Part shown: positions 40,153-52,234 of the stretch, in pieces
How positions within the stretch are numbered: position 1 is the first letter of the stretch
How the letters are laid out: each line of letters begins with the position of its first letter
Assembly (NCBI RefSeq): GCF_006345805.1
Contig: NC_042998.1
Span: forward strand, 83,762,001-83,826,000
Source: Octopus sinensis
Lineage: Eukaryota
DNA: 64,000 bases
Direction: 5' to 3'
The notes under the pieces: generated by a model
Told to the model about the DNA's origin: nothing
The model's database searches: none
What the model saw: only the letters and a program-made list of their open reading frames with translations
Made by a program: the position numbers and the translations under genes

Positions 40153-41162
40153 ATGAATAAACTAATATTTGAAAAGTTTCAGTGCTCAGCGTAATAAGAA
40201 CAGCAAAACAACATAAATAAAGGCATGCATAAGGATTCAAATGACTACTTTTTCAACTGCATAGCTAAGCTTACAAGTAAGCGTTGTTATATTCGTAAAT
40301 GTACAGAGATATCAAATGAGAAACCAGCGTTTCCCTGCTTCGATTCTCAATCAACTCTCCTTCTCTATTCTTAATTTTTGATTTATGTATCAGCACAATA
40401 TTTTTTTAGCTTAAAGAAATCTTATAACTGCTTTATATTTTTTTTTCCATAATTTTGTTTTTCTTAAAAATAAAATTATATATTTTTCTGCTAATCATTA
40501 GTCTAATAAATTTAGTTAAAAGCTAAAAGAATTTATTTGGTTATTCATTAATTTTGTTTCTTTTAGGATCCAAATTTTGTAACAGTAATAATTAAAAAAA
40601 AAACAAAAAAACAGTAAAGCAATTTTGGTTTTAAACAGTTTGGTAAAATATATTATTGACAACAATATCAAGCAAAATATTAGACAATGTTTATATATAT
40701 TTATATATGTATGTATTATAGGTGGCGAAGTAAAGCAAAATGATTATGTACAGATTTAATATATTTTGGAGTAAATTGCACTTGATAAATCTTTGCAATT
40801 CATCCAGACATTTTGTTTTGTTTAGCATTTCTCTCCTTCAGCATTATCTTCTTTTTCTACACACACTCCTCTCTCTCTCTCTCTCTCTCACACACACTTT
40901 CTCTCTCTCTTTCTCTCTATCTTTCTCTCTCTCTTTCGCACGCTCTGTGAATCACTTAATCTCCCGTTTTTCTTTTTGGTTTTGTTTTTAGTTGAGAATC
41001 TCAATTTTTGGCTACATTAATGATTTTTTTTCTTTTCAAGCAAATAATTATCATAGAAAACTGACAGTGAAAAATAATTATAAACACAACAATATTTATA
41101 GAAATGTTCTTTGCAATATAGAGAAAAAGAAAGGAAATAAGTTTCTCTGGACCTGTCAATAG

Positions 41163-41467
41163 TCACTTGTGTAAGCTATGCCACATGGCTGTGGATGTTC
41201 TGTGACAGCTGAGCAGTTCCATCCAATGTTTGCGTTCACTTCCTTGCCTCTCTGGTCCCAGTGTACACTTTCCAATTAGTTCACCGTGGCCTATAATATC
41301 ATGATCCCACACGCAACACTCAAGGGCCACTTTTGGCAAAATCTCGGCCGGAACATTGAAAGTTAACGCTTCGTTCCAAACTGGCGACAATGTACTTCTC
41401 TGTACTGAAGATTTCTTTCTTTTAATTTTCTTGCCATCAACAATTAATGATATTCTAACAAATGGGT
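41163..41467 (-). CDS. SYT: Synaptotagmin-family gene, last coding exon (C-terminal part of C2B domain; paralog undetermined)
   Basis: Encodes (D)PFVRISLIVDGKKIKRKKSSVQRSTLSPVWNEALTFNVPAEILPKVALECCVWDHDIIGHGELIGKCTLGPERQGSERKHWMELLSCHRTSTAMWHSLHK*. It has the DP(F/Y)V motif, polybasic strand, P-V-W-N-E motif, D-x-D loop and terminal WHxL typical of synaptotagmin C2B. Polypyrimidine tract plus ctgcag acceptor at 41468; TGA at 41163-41165. Confidence 0.95.
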
Positions 41468-41974
41468 CTGCAGTAAAAAGAAACAAAAACAAAATGGAAA
41501 ACAATTTCTCTCGAATAAAACATCTTTTAGATATTATATTTTACGAATAACGCTAACATATAAAACTGTTATTCTTAATGTTTGTTAAAGACAAAATATT
41601 AAATAAATATTTTTTGCAGCTTTGCATTGAGTTACATTATCTTTCTGTTTCTAAACAGAAAGCAAATATTCTGAACATTTCATTCTGAGCCATTACTTTG
41701 ATACAGATGACTAGATTTCATGAAGCCCACTCCCTAAGCTGCAACAATTTTATTTCTCATTTCACAGTTTTCTGTTCCAGATTAGGAGATGATAAAGCCG
41801 AGATATATTTTCTGCAAATCTATACCATAGAAATCACCCTTACTCTATGAAGATAATTTTCCAAACTGTTTTCCGTATTAATTGGATCTCCAGAAGGTTT
41901 CGACGAGGGGTGAGCCATTTGTTTAATCAACAAAGTTACACGTTTATTGCAACATAATCTGGATTAGTGAAGAC

Positions 41975-42300
41975 ACAGGCTGAGCGGTTAGGGCGTTGGG
42001 CTTACCGTCGTGAGGTTGTGAGTTCGACTGAGCAGTGTGTTTATTGTGTTCTTGAACAAAACACTTTATTTCTCGTTGCTCCAGTTCACTCAGTTGTAGA
42101 AATGAGTTGGGACGCCACTGGTACCAAGCTGTATCAAACTTTGCCTTTCCTTTGGACAGCATTGGTGGCGAGGAGAGGAGAGGCTGGTATGCGTTGGAGA
42201 CTGCTAGTCTTCCACAAACTTTCCCCGGACTTGTGCCTCGAAAGGAAACTTCCAAAATACAATCTCATGGTCATTTGTGACTGAAGGGAGTTTTTATCCT
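41975..42300 (+). mobile_element. SINE family C (intronic, antisense to SYT)
   Basis: Colinear with 10712-11045. Confidence 0.87.
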
Positions 42301-42309
42301 ATAATTTGG

Positions 42310-42540
42310 GTGAGGGCAGCGAGCCAACCGAATCAGTAGCGCATCGAATAAAGTACTTAGTGGCATTTTCCCCGGTTCTTTATATTCTTAGTTCAAATTC
42401 CATTGAAGTTGGCTTTGCATTTCATTCTTTTGTGGTCGATAAAATAAGTACCATTTGGGCATTACTGAGGTCGACGTAATCGACTCTCCTCCTCTTCCCA
42501 AAATTAATGGTCTTGTGCAAAAATTAGAAAGGATTATAAA
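42310..42540 (+). mobile_element. SINE family A
   Basis: Shared head and core. Confidence 0.8.
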
Positions 42541-42795
42541 CTGGGTGCTACAATTTTTTTTATCTTTAGCGTCATTCCCACACCGATTTAGAGTACCACT
42601 GTCGGCGACATGGTCGCTCTTTCTAAGTACAAGGAACGTTCAGCCGGGAAGCTTTCACAGTTTCATCAAACCATTATTCAAGATATCGCGCAATGAGATC
42701 AAACCCGAGACTTTGACTGTAAGGTATCTTTTTATTGAATTAATCGGCTTTTGGCTGTAACTATACATCGATATATATAATCGATATTTATAAGT

Positions 42796-43212
42796 AAGGC
42801 GGAGAGCCGGTAGAATCGTTAGAACGCCGAGCGAAATGCTTAGCGGTATTTCGTCTGCAGTTACGTTCAGAGTTCAAATTCCGCCGGGGTCGACTTTGCC
42901 TTTCATCCTTTCGGGGTCGATTAAATAATAAGTACCAGTTACGCACTGGGGTCGATATAATCGACTTAATCCGTTTGTCTGTCCTTGTTTGTCCTCTCTG
43001 TGCTTAGCTCCTTGTGGGTAGTAAAGAAATAGGTATTTCGTCTGCCGTTACGTTCTGAGTTCAAATTTCCCCGAGGTCGACTTTGCCTTTCATCCTTTCT
43101 GGGTCGGTTAAATAAGTACTAGTTGCGCACTGGGGTCGATGTAATCAATTTAATCCGTTTGTGTGTCCTTGTTTGTCCCCTCTATGTTTAGCGCCTGTGG
43201 GCAATAAAGAAA
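42796..43212 (+). mobile_element. Tandem pair of SINE A long-tail copies (second is 5'-truncated)
   Basis: ggtatttcgtctgc...gtagtaaagaaat repeated at ~42845-43030 and ~43031-43212. Confidence 0.88.
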
Positions 43213-43914
43213 TTGATATATATAAATCCCCTGGTCAGCCATATCAAAATAATGGCTCAGAGAGAAACGTTCAAGATATTCGCATCAGTCTAGAAATATA
43301 AAGATAATAAGTGCTAATGTAATAGGAAAACAGTAACGTTACATTTTTTTTTTCTTTTTTCTCTTTTTTTTTTTCTTAATTTCATTGAAACCCACTCCTA
43401 TACTGTATCACAGTTTTATTTCTCGTTTCATATTTTTCAGTTCAAGATTAAGATATGATAAAGCCGAAATATACTTTCTGAAAATCTTTACTATTAAATG
43501 AACGGAGTTTTAAAACGACAAACTTTTAAGTAAACTATAAGATCTTTATTACCAAGCTGTTATAAATTAGTGCCAAGAGGAGTTTTTTTCTTTCTTTAAA
43601 AAAAATTGTTACACTCTCGGAGCATTTCTCTCTCATTTTCTATTCGGTTAATTTTTCTGGTAGTAAAATGAAAACTACTCTCATTAACACGATTTTCCAG
43701 AAGCTAATCTCGCTTGCCTTCATCATTTTACTTGCATATATAATATTGGCTTTATTTTCACAAGACACAGAAATCTAATATTTTAATAGCACAGAAAGCC
43801 TATATTTTAAGGGAGGATGAAATATGACGTGATGTCAGCGTCGATCAAGAGGGCATCCATGGCAGATATGCTAGATGATATGGCTTTTAAGTATAGATTT
43901 ATTTATTTATTTAC

Positions 43915-43953
<39 letters not shown>

Positions 43954-45021
43954 TTTCTAGTAATCAGCATCTAAAACGAACTATTTGATTGTATAGAAAA
44001 CTGTATTAAATAAACGCGTATGGAAACATCTGCATTCTTGACAATACTTAACTCACCAACTATAATCATGGAGCCAAATATTTTATTATAGATATTAGAG
44101 CGTTAACTGTGTGATTCCACTAACAAATTAACGATCCTTACTTGATTAATTAAATCAATCTCAATTTCTGCCACAGACTATATGCTGTATTTTTAATCAA
44201 GGAGCACCATAGTAAATTTGCTACAGTCTACATAATTGGAAAAATCAGGGCTGTAGATTGATTCGGTTCATCAAAACTTTGACTCCGACCTCTCCATTTG
44301 TAACTAGACTAATTATAAATTTCTTATATTGATTAATTGCACACATCCTATATTGTACAACGGGAATCATTAGGCTACTTGATGGAACTCAAACTTAAGT
44401 TAGAGTTCCAAAGTTGTTGCCATACCACTATCATATTACATCTATCCTCATTGATTACGGATGTTTGGATTACAAAAATCGCCCTGGATAAGTGAGAAAT
44501 GAAAATAGAGCATATGAGAAAAATAGGTTTCCAAACGCATGTTTTACAAAGTATATGGAAGGTCGCTGATGTATGCTTTTACGGTCCAAGCAGAATCTTT
44601 GATTGATCACAGACTTGTGTTACCACAGATTAACTCGGTTTACAATAAGCGAACCAGGTTATCTTGGATCATTCATGAATGAATCAGTGATAAGCGAAGA
44701 CAAATCTATTTTATAAAATAGGAAACCAAAGGTGACCGGCTCTTATATCCCACCTACGTCCTATAGAACCTTTGCACATTAGTCCTTTAAATAACCCACT
44801 GGACCCACAAAAATAATTATAATTCCATAAAATAGATAGGTTTTGGTTTGAGATAAAGACGAAGTGTATGCAGCCTTGGTCTTTAATAATACCTTCAAAT
44901 GGCGAAATGCTAAGAGATTTGCGCTATTTCTCAATTCGGAAAGAATAAATATTTGCTGATCAAAATAGCTTCTTTAATTAAAATTGCTTTAAATTCCGGT
45001 TCATGAATTAATATGGCTTTC

Positions 45022-45225
45022 AAATTTTGGCACAAGACCAGCAATTTCGAGGAAGGAGTCAAGTTAATTACATTGGCCCCAGTACTCAACTGGTACTTAT
45101 TTTATCGACCCCGAAAGGATGAAAGGCAAAAATCGACGTCGGCGGAATTTGAACTCAGAACGTAAGGACGGAGGAAATGCCGCGAAGCATTTTGCCCGGC
45201 GCGCTAACGATTCTACCAGCTATCC
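45022..45225 (-). mobile_element. SINE family A
   Basis: Reverse-complement head and core. Confidence 0.87.
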
Positions 45226-45499
45226 AAATATCATAAACCTTTAACAGCCAACAAACTAGTAGTGCGTGTTTAGCATATTCAGACGTCTAATAAATAGTTT
45301 TCTTTTTTAATACAAAAACCACCGACGTTTTACTTATAGCCTTCATAGAAACCATAACTAAGATAAACTGGCATGCTGTCACACGAGAGTGGTACATTCA
45401 CGTGATCCCTAATATACATACTTCATAGGAGAATGACAATTTGTTGCATTTTGCACAGCGCGCTGACGATTCTCTCACCTCATCCCCTTATTCATAAGT

Positions 45500-45710
45500 T
45501 AATGTTAGAACGTTTACGGTGGCGACCAGGCAGAATACTTAGCAGCATTTCGTCCGCCTTTACGTCGAGTTCAAAATCCGCCGGGGTCGACTTTGCCTTT
45601 CATCCGTTTGGGGTCGATAAAATAAATACCAGTTGAACACTGGATCGTTCTAATCGATTTAACCTTTCCCCGAAATTGTTAACTTTGTGCCAAAATCTGA
45701 AACCAATGTA
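45500..45710 (+). mobile_element. SINE family A
   Basis: Shared head and core. Confidence 0.83.
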
Positions 45711-46734
45711 AAAACTTTCTATGTATACTGTCATTGCAAATCTGTTTTTGCTTATTGGTATAAAGATCTTAATAGAACGAGGCCTTTCATTTTGTGAGTG
45801 ATGCAACTCACTCTCTTTATAAAGGAGACTATGGAAAATACTTGAATGTGTTAAAATTACTGGCCAAGTTTGACTCTTTTCTGGCAGAACATATAATTAC
45901 ACTGGAAAATAGATATAGCTGAAATGAAACGTTTAATTTTAAACACCATGTGATGAACTGAATAATCCGTTTAGATTCAGCACACTCGAATACATTATCT
46001 GTGAAACGAAAAAAATATATTGTTTTATTTCATTGGTTTTCACTCCAAACGTAGATAATGAAGATCAACTGAATTTGGCTATGCTGTGTGTTGCTTTTGA
46101 TATTATAAATCCGCTGGGATCAAATTAACATCAACTTCAGCAATGAGCTGCAAGTATAGTGGTTTCCACGCATAGTTTTAAACAGATGAATGACTATGTG
46201 GATTACATTCCATGTTTCGCAGCTTCACATTAAACGTCCATTTTACTTTTTTCTTGTTTTCTTTCTTGGAACATGCGCTGCTAAATGTTGTCAAGAAGCA
46301 TTGATTTTTTTTCTCTTTGAATTTGTACATTTTTCCAGTTTCTTTTTGTCAGTTGTATATTTTTTCTGCTGCGATATCTGATGGCGATGCTCATTTTCCC
46401 ATGGAGGGAAGAAAGTTTCAGATAGATGTCAAGCAGTCAGACTGTGTAGATGTAACAAAAGCACCTTTACTTAACTTTTCTCTCTTTAATAAAACGAATG
46501 TTAGATGACAACAAAGATTAGGAGATAGATGGGGAGAGAGAGAAAGAGATAGATGGAGAGAGAGAGATGGAGAGAGAGAGAAAGAGATAGATGGAGAGAG
46601 AGAGACAGATAGAGAGAGAGAGGTAAATGGAGAGAGAGAGGTAGGTGGAGAGAGAGAGAGTTCTGACAATTGGCTCGTGGACTACTTTCAACCATGATGA
46701 AGTTACGAAACAAGAATACTGGCATATTCTTTTT

Positions 46735-46930
46735 CCGTCTTTTTACTTGTATCAGTCATTAGAATATGGCCATGCTGGGGCACCGCCTTGGAGAATGAAT
46801 CAGCTCCATTACTCTTTTTTATCGGTCTCTTTTGCCGAATCACTGAGTTACATGTACCTAAACACACAGGCACCAGTTGTCAAGCGGTGGTGGGGGAAAA
46901 CATAGACACAAAGACATATACACACAGATA
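46735..46930 (-). mobile_element. SINE family B, 3' half (5' half at 48240-48410)
   Basis: Colinear with the intact copy at 50785-51180, but separated by the LINE. Confidence 0.8.
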
Positions 46931-46941
46931 CATATATATAT

Positions 46942-48144
46942 GATCTTGGCATAGTTGGAAAATTGGGAGAATGGCTTCATGACTTTCTGAAGGATAGAAG
47001 TCAGGTGGTAGTAGCCAATGGGGCCACTTCCATTAACACGCAAATAGTGAGCGGTGTTCCGCAAGGCACTGTTTTGGGACCACTACTGTTCATAATGTCC
47101 CTCTCAGACATGCCCTCAGCCACGCAGAGAGCCACGATCACAAGTTATGCAGATGATACAAAAGTTTCACAAGCAATACAGAACCCTGAAGACACTAAGC
47201 ACCTGCAATGTGAGCTGGACAAAATATACAAGTGGGCTGAAAAGAATAGCATGCAGTTCAATGCTGAAAAGTTTCAAGCTTTATGCTATCAGCATGCAAA
47301 ACTAAATACAATACCCAATAAATACACTGGACCTGGAGGGATTGCAATCCCAGAGGCACAATCAGTACGAGACCTGGGTATTTACATGAGTGATGATGCA
47401 ACCTTTCATGTGCATGTTGCTAAATTGGCAATGAAATGTAGGCGGCTGACCGGATGGATTCTTAGAACCTTTAGAACAAGAGACCAGGAAACCATGATGG
47501 TCCTCTGGAGGACACTTGTCCTAAACCACTTTGACTATTGCTCTCAGTTATGGTCACCATCCAGTGTCAAAGTTAATCACAGAACTTGAGGCGATCCAAC
47601 GAAGCTGCACGAAGAAGATAGCCTCTGTGCAGCATATAAGCTACTGGGAAAGACTCAAGAGATTGAGACTCTATTCCTTAGAGCGTAGGCGAGAAATATA
47701 TGCCATAATATACATCTGGAAGGTCCTAGAAGGACTTTTCCCAAACTTTGGCATCGAGAGTTACACAAATGCCAGAACTGGGCGCCACTGCATAGTGCCA
47801 AGGACTCCAAATTTGCCATCAAGATGTAGGACAAGCTACTGTGATAGCCTGGGCTTCCGAGGCCAACAGCTCTTCAATATCCTCCCGAAGAACCTAAGAG
47901 ACCTGCATGGGGTGGATGCAGATGTCTTTAAAATGAAACTGGATTTCTTCTTGTCAGGTGTCCCAGATGAACCAACTTCACGGCAGGAGCTGCAGATGAG
48001 AGCAGCTGCATCGAACTCTCTCATGCACCAAATGGCAATTGCTAAGAAGCATTCGTGAAGTAAAATCATGTAGCAACACCAAATGGAGGTGCCCCAGCAT
48101 GGCCACAGCTTGTGAGCTGAAACTAGATAAAAATAAATAAATAA

Positions 48145-48145
<1 letters not shown>
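46942..48145 (+). mobile_element. 5'-truncated CR1-group LINE: RT C-terminal half, 3' UTR and (AAAT)n tail
   Basis: SGVPQGTVLGPLLF, YADDTK, YCSQLWSP, SYWERLKRLRLYSLERRR motifs. One +1 frameshift at ~47570 links ORFs 46963-47589 and 47531-48058. Confidence 0.95.
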
Positions 48146-48197
<52 letters not shown>

Positions 48198-48202
48198 AAC
48201 AC

Positions 48203-48239
<37 letters not shown>

Positions 48240-48242
<3 letters not shown>

Positions 48243-48410
48243 CGGGTTTATTTCAGTTTCCGTTTACCAAATCCACTCACAAAGCTTTGGTCAGCCCGAG
48301 GCTATAATAGAAGACACCTACCCAAGGTGCCACGCAGTGGGACTGAACTTTGAACTATGTGACTGGGAAGCAAGCTTCTTACCACGGAATTACACCTGAC
48401 CATATTGAGG
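48240..48410 (-). mobile_element. SINE family B, 5' half
   Basis: acgggtttatttcagtttccgtttaccaaatccactcacaaagctttgg...cccaaggtgccacgcagtgggactgaac. Confidence 0.85.
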
Positions 48411-48583
48411 AATCACGTATTATAGTATTTTCAAACATCCAGTATTTGTTTTATATTTTACTGACCCATATTTACACACAGCTTGTGCACTCTATGAATA
48501 TTTGCTTGGATATATTCTAGCTATGATGTCTAAGCTTTCAGACATTGAATAGAGAAATCCAGGATCTGGTTGAGTGTGTAGAT

Positions 48584-48680
48584 CAGTGGTTCTCAACCAC
48601 GGTTCCCAGAGCTGCATGTGGCCCTCAGGCATCCTTCCTAGGGTGGGGGCTCGACGGTCTTCTCTCTATAAATATAATAC
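48584..48680. mobile_element. hAT (Charlie-like) terminal fragment
   Basis: cagtggttctcaacc terminus; the partner end was not found. Confidence 0.4.
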
Positions 48681-49039
48681 ATTTTTCGTTAATTGACTTA
48701 TGTTTTACGTTTTTTGGTGTGGCTCCCTAAAAATATCCAGGTTTTGAATCTGGCTCTGATATCAAAAAGGTTTATAAAGACTGATGTAGATTACCAACAA
48801 CAAACTAAAGGTAGACATCAGCGAAATAGTAAATGCAATGATTTCAGTGGTTTCAGTACTTTAATCAAGTCTTTTGTTGGATTGCAAATACCTTCTCAGG
48901 TGTTTAATAACCAAACATTACTTGGCATTACTGATAGCTTGCTTTCTGTCCACTCAAAACGCCAGAAAGGTTATCAAAATATGAATGATATATTTGAATT
49001 ACTTTATCAGCTGCAGTTATTTAAATCATATACGACCGG

Positions 49040-49398
49040 AAGTCTCGGTCGTATAGTTTGATGGACGACATATGAGGGCTCGTGTAGTTTGATGGACGAC
49101 ATATGAGGGCTCAGTTTTTGCCGAACGACCTGCACAAATGATTTATTTATAGTGATCAAACGTTCGTCCCGTACATCGACGTTGTCTGAACAGGTGCACA
49201 GTGTACCACACGTCAGGTGTTGAAGTGACTGCAGAGCAGCTTGAGATGAAGTGGTTTGCTCAAGAGCACAACGCAGAACCCAGTCTAGGAATTGAAACCG
49301 CGATCTCTCGATCATTAGTGCAACACTTTAAACCAGTGGTTCCCACCTCTTTTATCCAAATGAGTTTTCCCACGGACCCCTTCTAATATGCTTATCCT

Positions 49399-49457
<59 letters not shown>

Positions 49458-49570
49458 GAAATTTTGAATTTAGTTAACGGACCCCCAGTACTACCTTTGC
49501 GGACCGCCAGGGGTTCGTGGACCTCAGGCTGGGAACCACTGCCCTAAACACTAGGTCATGCGTCCTCATA
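49040..49570 (-). mobile_element. SINE family C variant split by a hAT MITE
   Basis: gatgaagtggtttgctcaagagcacaacgc...ggaattgaaaccgcgatc...gcaacac|MITE|ccctaaacactaggtcatgcgtcctc. Confidence 0.75.
49334..49541. mobile_element. hAT (Charlie-like) MITE with internal (TG)n
   Basis: TIRs cagtggttccca / tgggaaccactg; imperfect 8-bp TSD ctttaaac / ccctaaac. Confidence 0.82.
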
Positions 49571-50129
49571 TATTGTGTAGACCACAGAGGAGTTTAAAAC
49601 TAAATTCTTTTTCTCATATTGGCACAAAACAAGACCTTGTATAGCTTTAATGTTTTTCAAGTGCAGAAAATGTTTTGCGCATCTGTTTGTCTCTCGTAGT
49701 TAATGAAGTATGTATATTATCAAAACTGAAAAGAGGAAGGCTTCATCTAAGAAGCCTCATAGTTGAAAACAAATTTCATTATAATGAACATTGAAGATCT
49801 TCTACCGTGAAAAAGACATTTTCTTTATCATCAACAGAGTTGTTTATGCTGAATCTAAGAAATGTAATTTTTAAATCGCTGTTTACCAACTATTCACATA
49901 TAACATTTACCAGATTCAACATTTATGTGTAAATTGTTTGAATCTTTAAAAAATTAAGTCTCCTTTATAACACATGTTGCAAATCCCGCATTACCTTAAA
50001 CTGGCCCTGTATGGAACACCAGTCTAACGCAAGTAACGTTCCATCATTCATTGAACTGACATACGACATTGAAACGCAATGAAACTTCTGCAACGAGTCT
50101 CATCAAGCTCTATCCCCCGAAAGAGTGAA

Positions 50130-50415
50130 GGAACGTGACTTGGTGGTTAGGATATTCAGCTCACGTTCGTAGGGTCCTGAGTTCGATTCCTGATGGCACG
50201 TCGTGTTCTTGAGTAAGACACTTTATTTCATGTTGCTCCAGTTCACTCAGCTGGCAAAATGAGTACTACCTGTAATTTAAAGGGCCAGCCTTGTCACATT
50301 TTGTGACAAGCTGAATGGGGCGCTCAGCTGCTTTCATGTAAATATCACGAGCAGGCTGTTTCGTTGATCAGATCAACTAGAACATTTGTCGTCGAAACAG
50401 ACGAAGTGCCAGTAT
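50130..50415 (+). mobile_element. SINE family C head with the tail seen at 22990-23145
   Basis: C central domain followed by tcacgagcaggctgtttcgttgatcagatcaactagaac. Confidence 0.8.
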
Positions 50416-50599
50416 CAACAAAAAGTTTAATGCTATATCCACTTGGTTATTTTACAGAGCATCTCAATACATTTAGAGCTTAGCTAGTGAATATCTATTT
50501 AGTCTCTAGACTTCCTAAATATAGCAGCCAAATAGTTCACGATCTACACTCTACGATACGTTGGATAATGTTGTCTAAATATATTATTAATGAAGATAA

Positions 50600-50780
50600 A
50601 TGCATAGGACAAAATGTTTAGCGGTATTTCTTCCGGTTTTACGTTCTGAGTTCGAATTCCACTAAGGGTGACTTTCTCTTTCATCCGTTCAGGGTCGATA
50701 AAAGAAGTACTAGGAGATGCACAGGGTCAATGCAATCGACGATCCCTCTCCCCCAAAATGTTAGGCCTTAGCCCAATAGG
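50600..50780 (+). mobile_element. SINE family A, degraded
   Basis: Shared core. Confidence 0.75.
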
Positions 50781-50784
50781 ATTT

Positions 50785-51180
50785 TTTATTCTTTTATTTG
50801 TTTCAGTCATTTGACTGAAGCCATGCTGGAGTACCGCCTTTAGTCGAGCAACTCGACCCAAGGACTTAATCTTTGTAAGCCTAGTACTTATTCTATCAAT
50901 CTCTTTTGCCGAACCGCTAAGTTACGGGGACGTAAACTCACCACTACCGGTTGTCAAGTGATTGGGGGGGGGGCAAACACACACAAAAACACATAACACA
51001 CACACACACATATACGACGGGCTTCTTTCAGTTTCCGTCTACCAAATCCACTAACAAGGCTTTGGTGGGCCCGAGGCTATAGTAGAAGACACCTGCCCGA
51101 GGTGCCACGCAGTGAGACTGAACCCGGAACCATGTGGTTGGTAAGCAAGCTACTTACCACACAGCTACTCCAGCACCTAT
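50785..51180 (-). mobile_element. SINE family B, full length (reference copy)
   Basis: tRNA-like head, body, internal CA/TA spacer, second domain and CR1-like tail are all contiguous. Confidence 0.92.
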
Positions 51181-52190
51181 ATATATTATAGATGTCTGCT
51201 AGGTCTAGCGCAGCTGGGAGGTAAAACAGAAACACCTTGTAACTCTGTACTGCCACCACCACCACCCACATTAAATATTCAGGACTAATAACAATTATAT
51301 ATCTATTGTAAACATTTTCAGATAGCCGATTAAAGGGTCACCAGTTAGCATTTTGGCACCGGTGATGTTCTCATGTAAGACAGCTATAAAATTAGTAAGT
51401 TCTCTGTTTTAGTAAAACTTTGTGGATTCTTCTTATGCCAGCGAAAGTTCATTTTAACATTAGCACAATGGCACACATTTGTATAAAAGACACGTCGCTG
51501 ATCTGTGTACATGGACTGATAGCCGAGTGCGTAAAGGGGGCTTAATGTGAAAGCCGCACGATTCTCTGAATCCAAATCTTATACTGCATTTATACTATAC
51601 ATGCCTACGCACACGCGCGCACGCACGCACACACGGTTACACACACACACATGTATGTAAATGTTACAAAATACGCGTAGGGTTTTAGGAAACACCTACA
51701 TCACTAGAAATAGGAGCTAAACCACTCTAATCTTGTAATTAGCGCACATGAATGAAAACGTATACACTAACAGGGATCATAATCTTCCGGAAAGTGCTGA
51801 TCGAGAATTTTTAATACTGACACGTCAGTTTCGACAATTTCCGTTGCCTCGTCAGTTAAGACCTCTCGACTGTTCGGCTCTTTCCGGCTTAGCATTTACT
51901 TCTAGCAATGTAGATGTTTTCTATACCCTAGTCACATTTAGTGACATTTGTAATTCTCCTTTTTGGTGAAACGTTGCAAACTGCTGTTTATATTAATTTT
52001 GGTGTGTGTGTGTGTGTGAGAGAGTATGTATGTATAGTAGAAGTTGAGGCCAATAGAAAAGAAGCAACCAAAATCTACAACGCAAATTCAGAAAAGAGAA
52101 TATAGGTACCTGAAAACTGTAGAAATATAAAGTGAAAAGAAAAAAACGATATCTGTTCAGCACGAAAGTCTCAGGTAAAATACACAATAT

Positions 52191-52234
<44 letters not shown>

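Noticed and set aside
47836-48238. Minus-strand ORFs of 132 and 86 aa
   Set aside because: They start in microsatellite and are antisense to the CR1 RT.
49050-49111. 31-bp direct repeats (and the 12.3-12.6 kb repeats) as a CRISPR array
   Set aside because: No unique spacers, eukaryotic context, no cas genes; simple tandem duplications.
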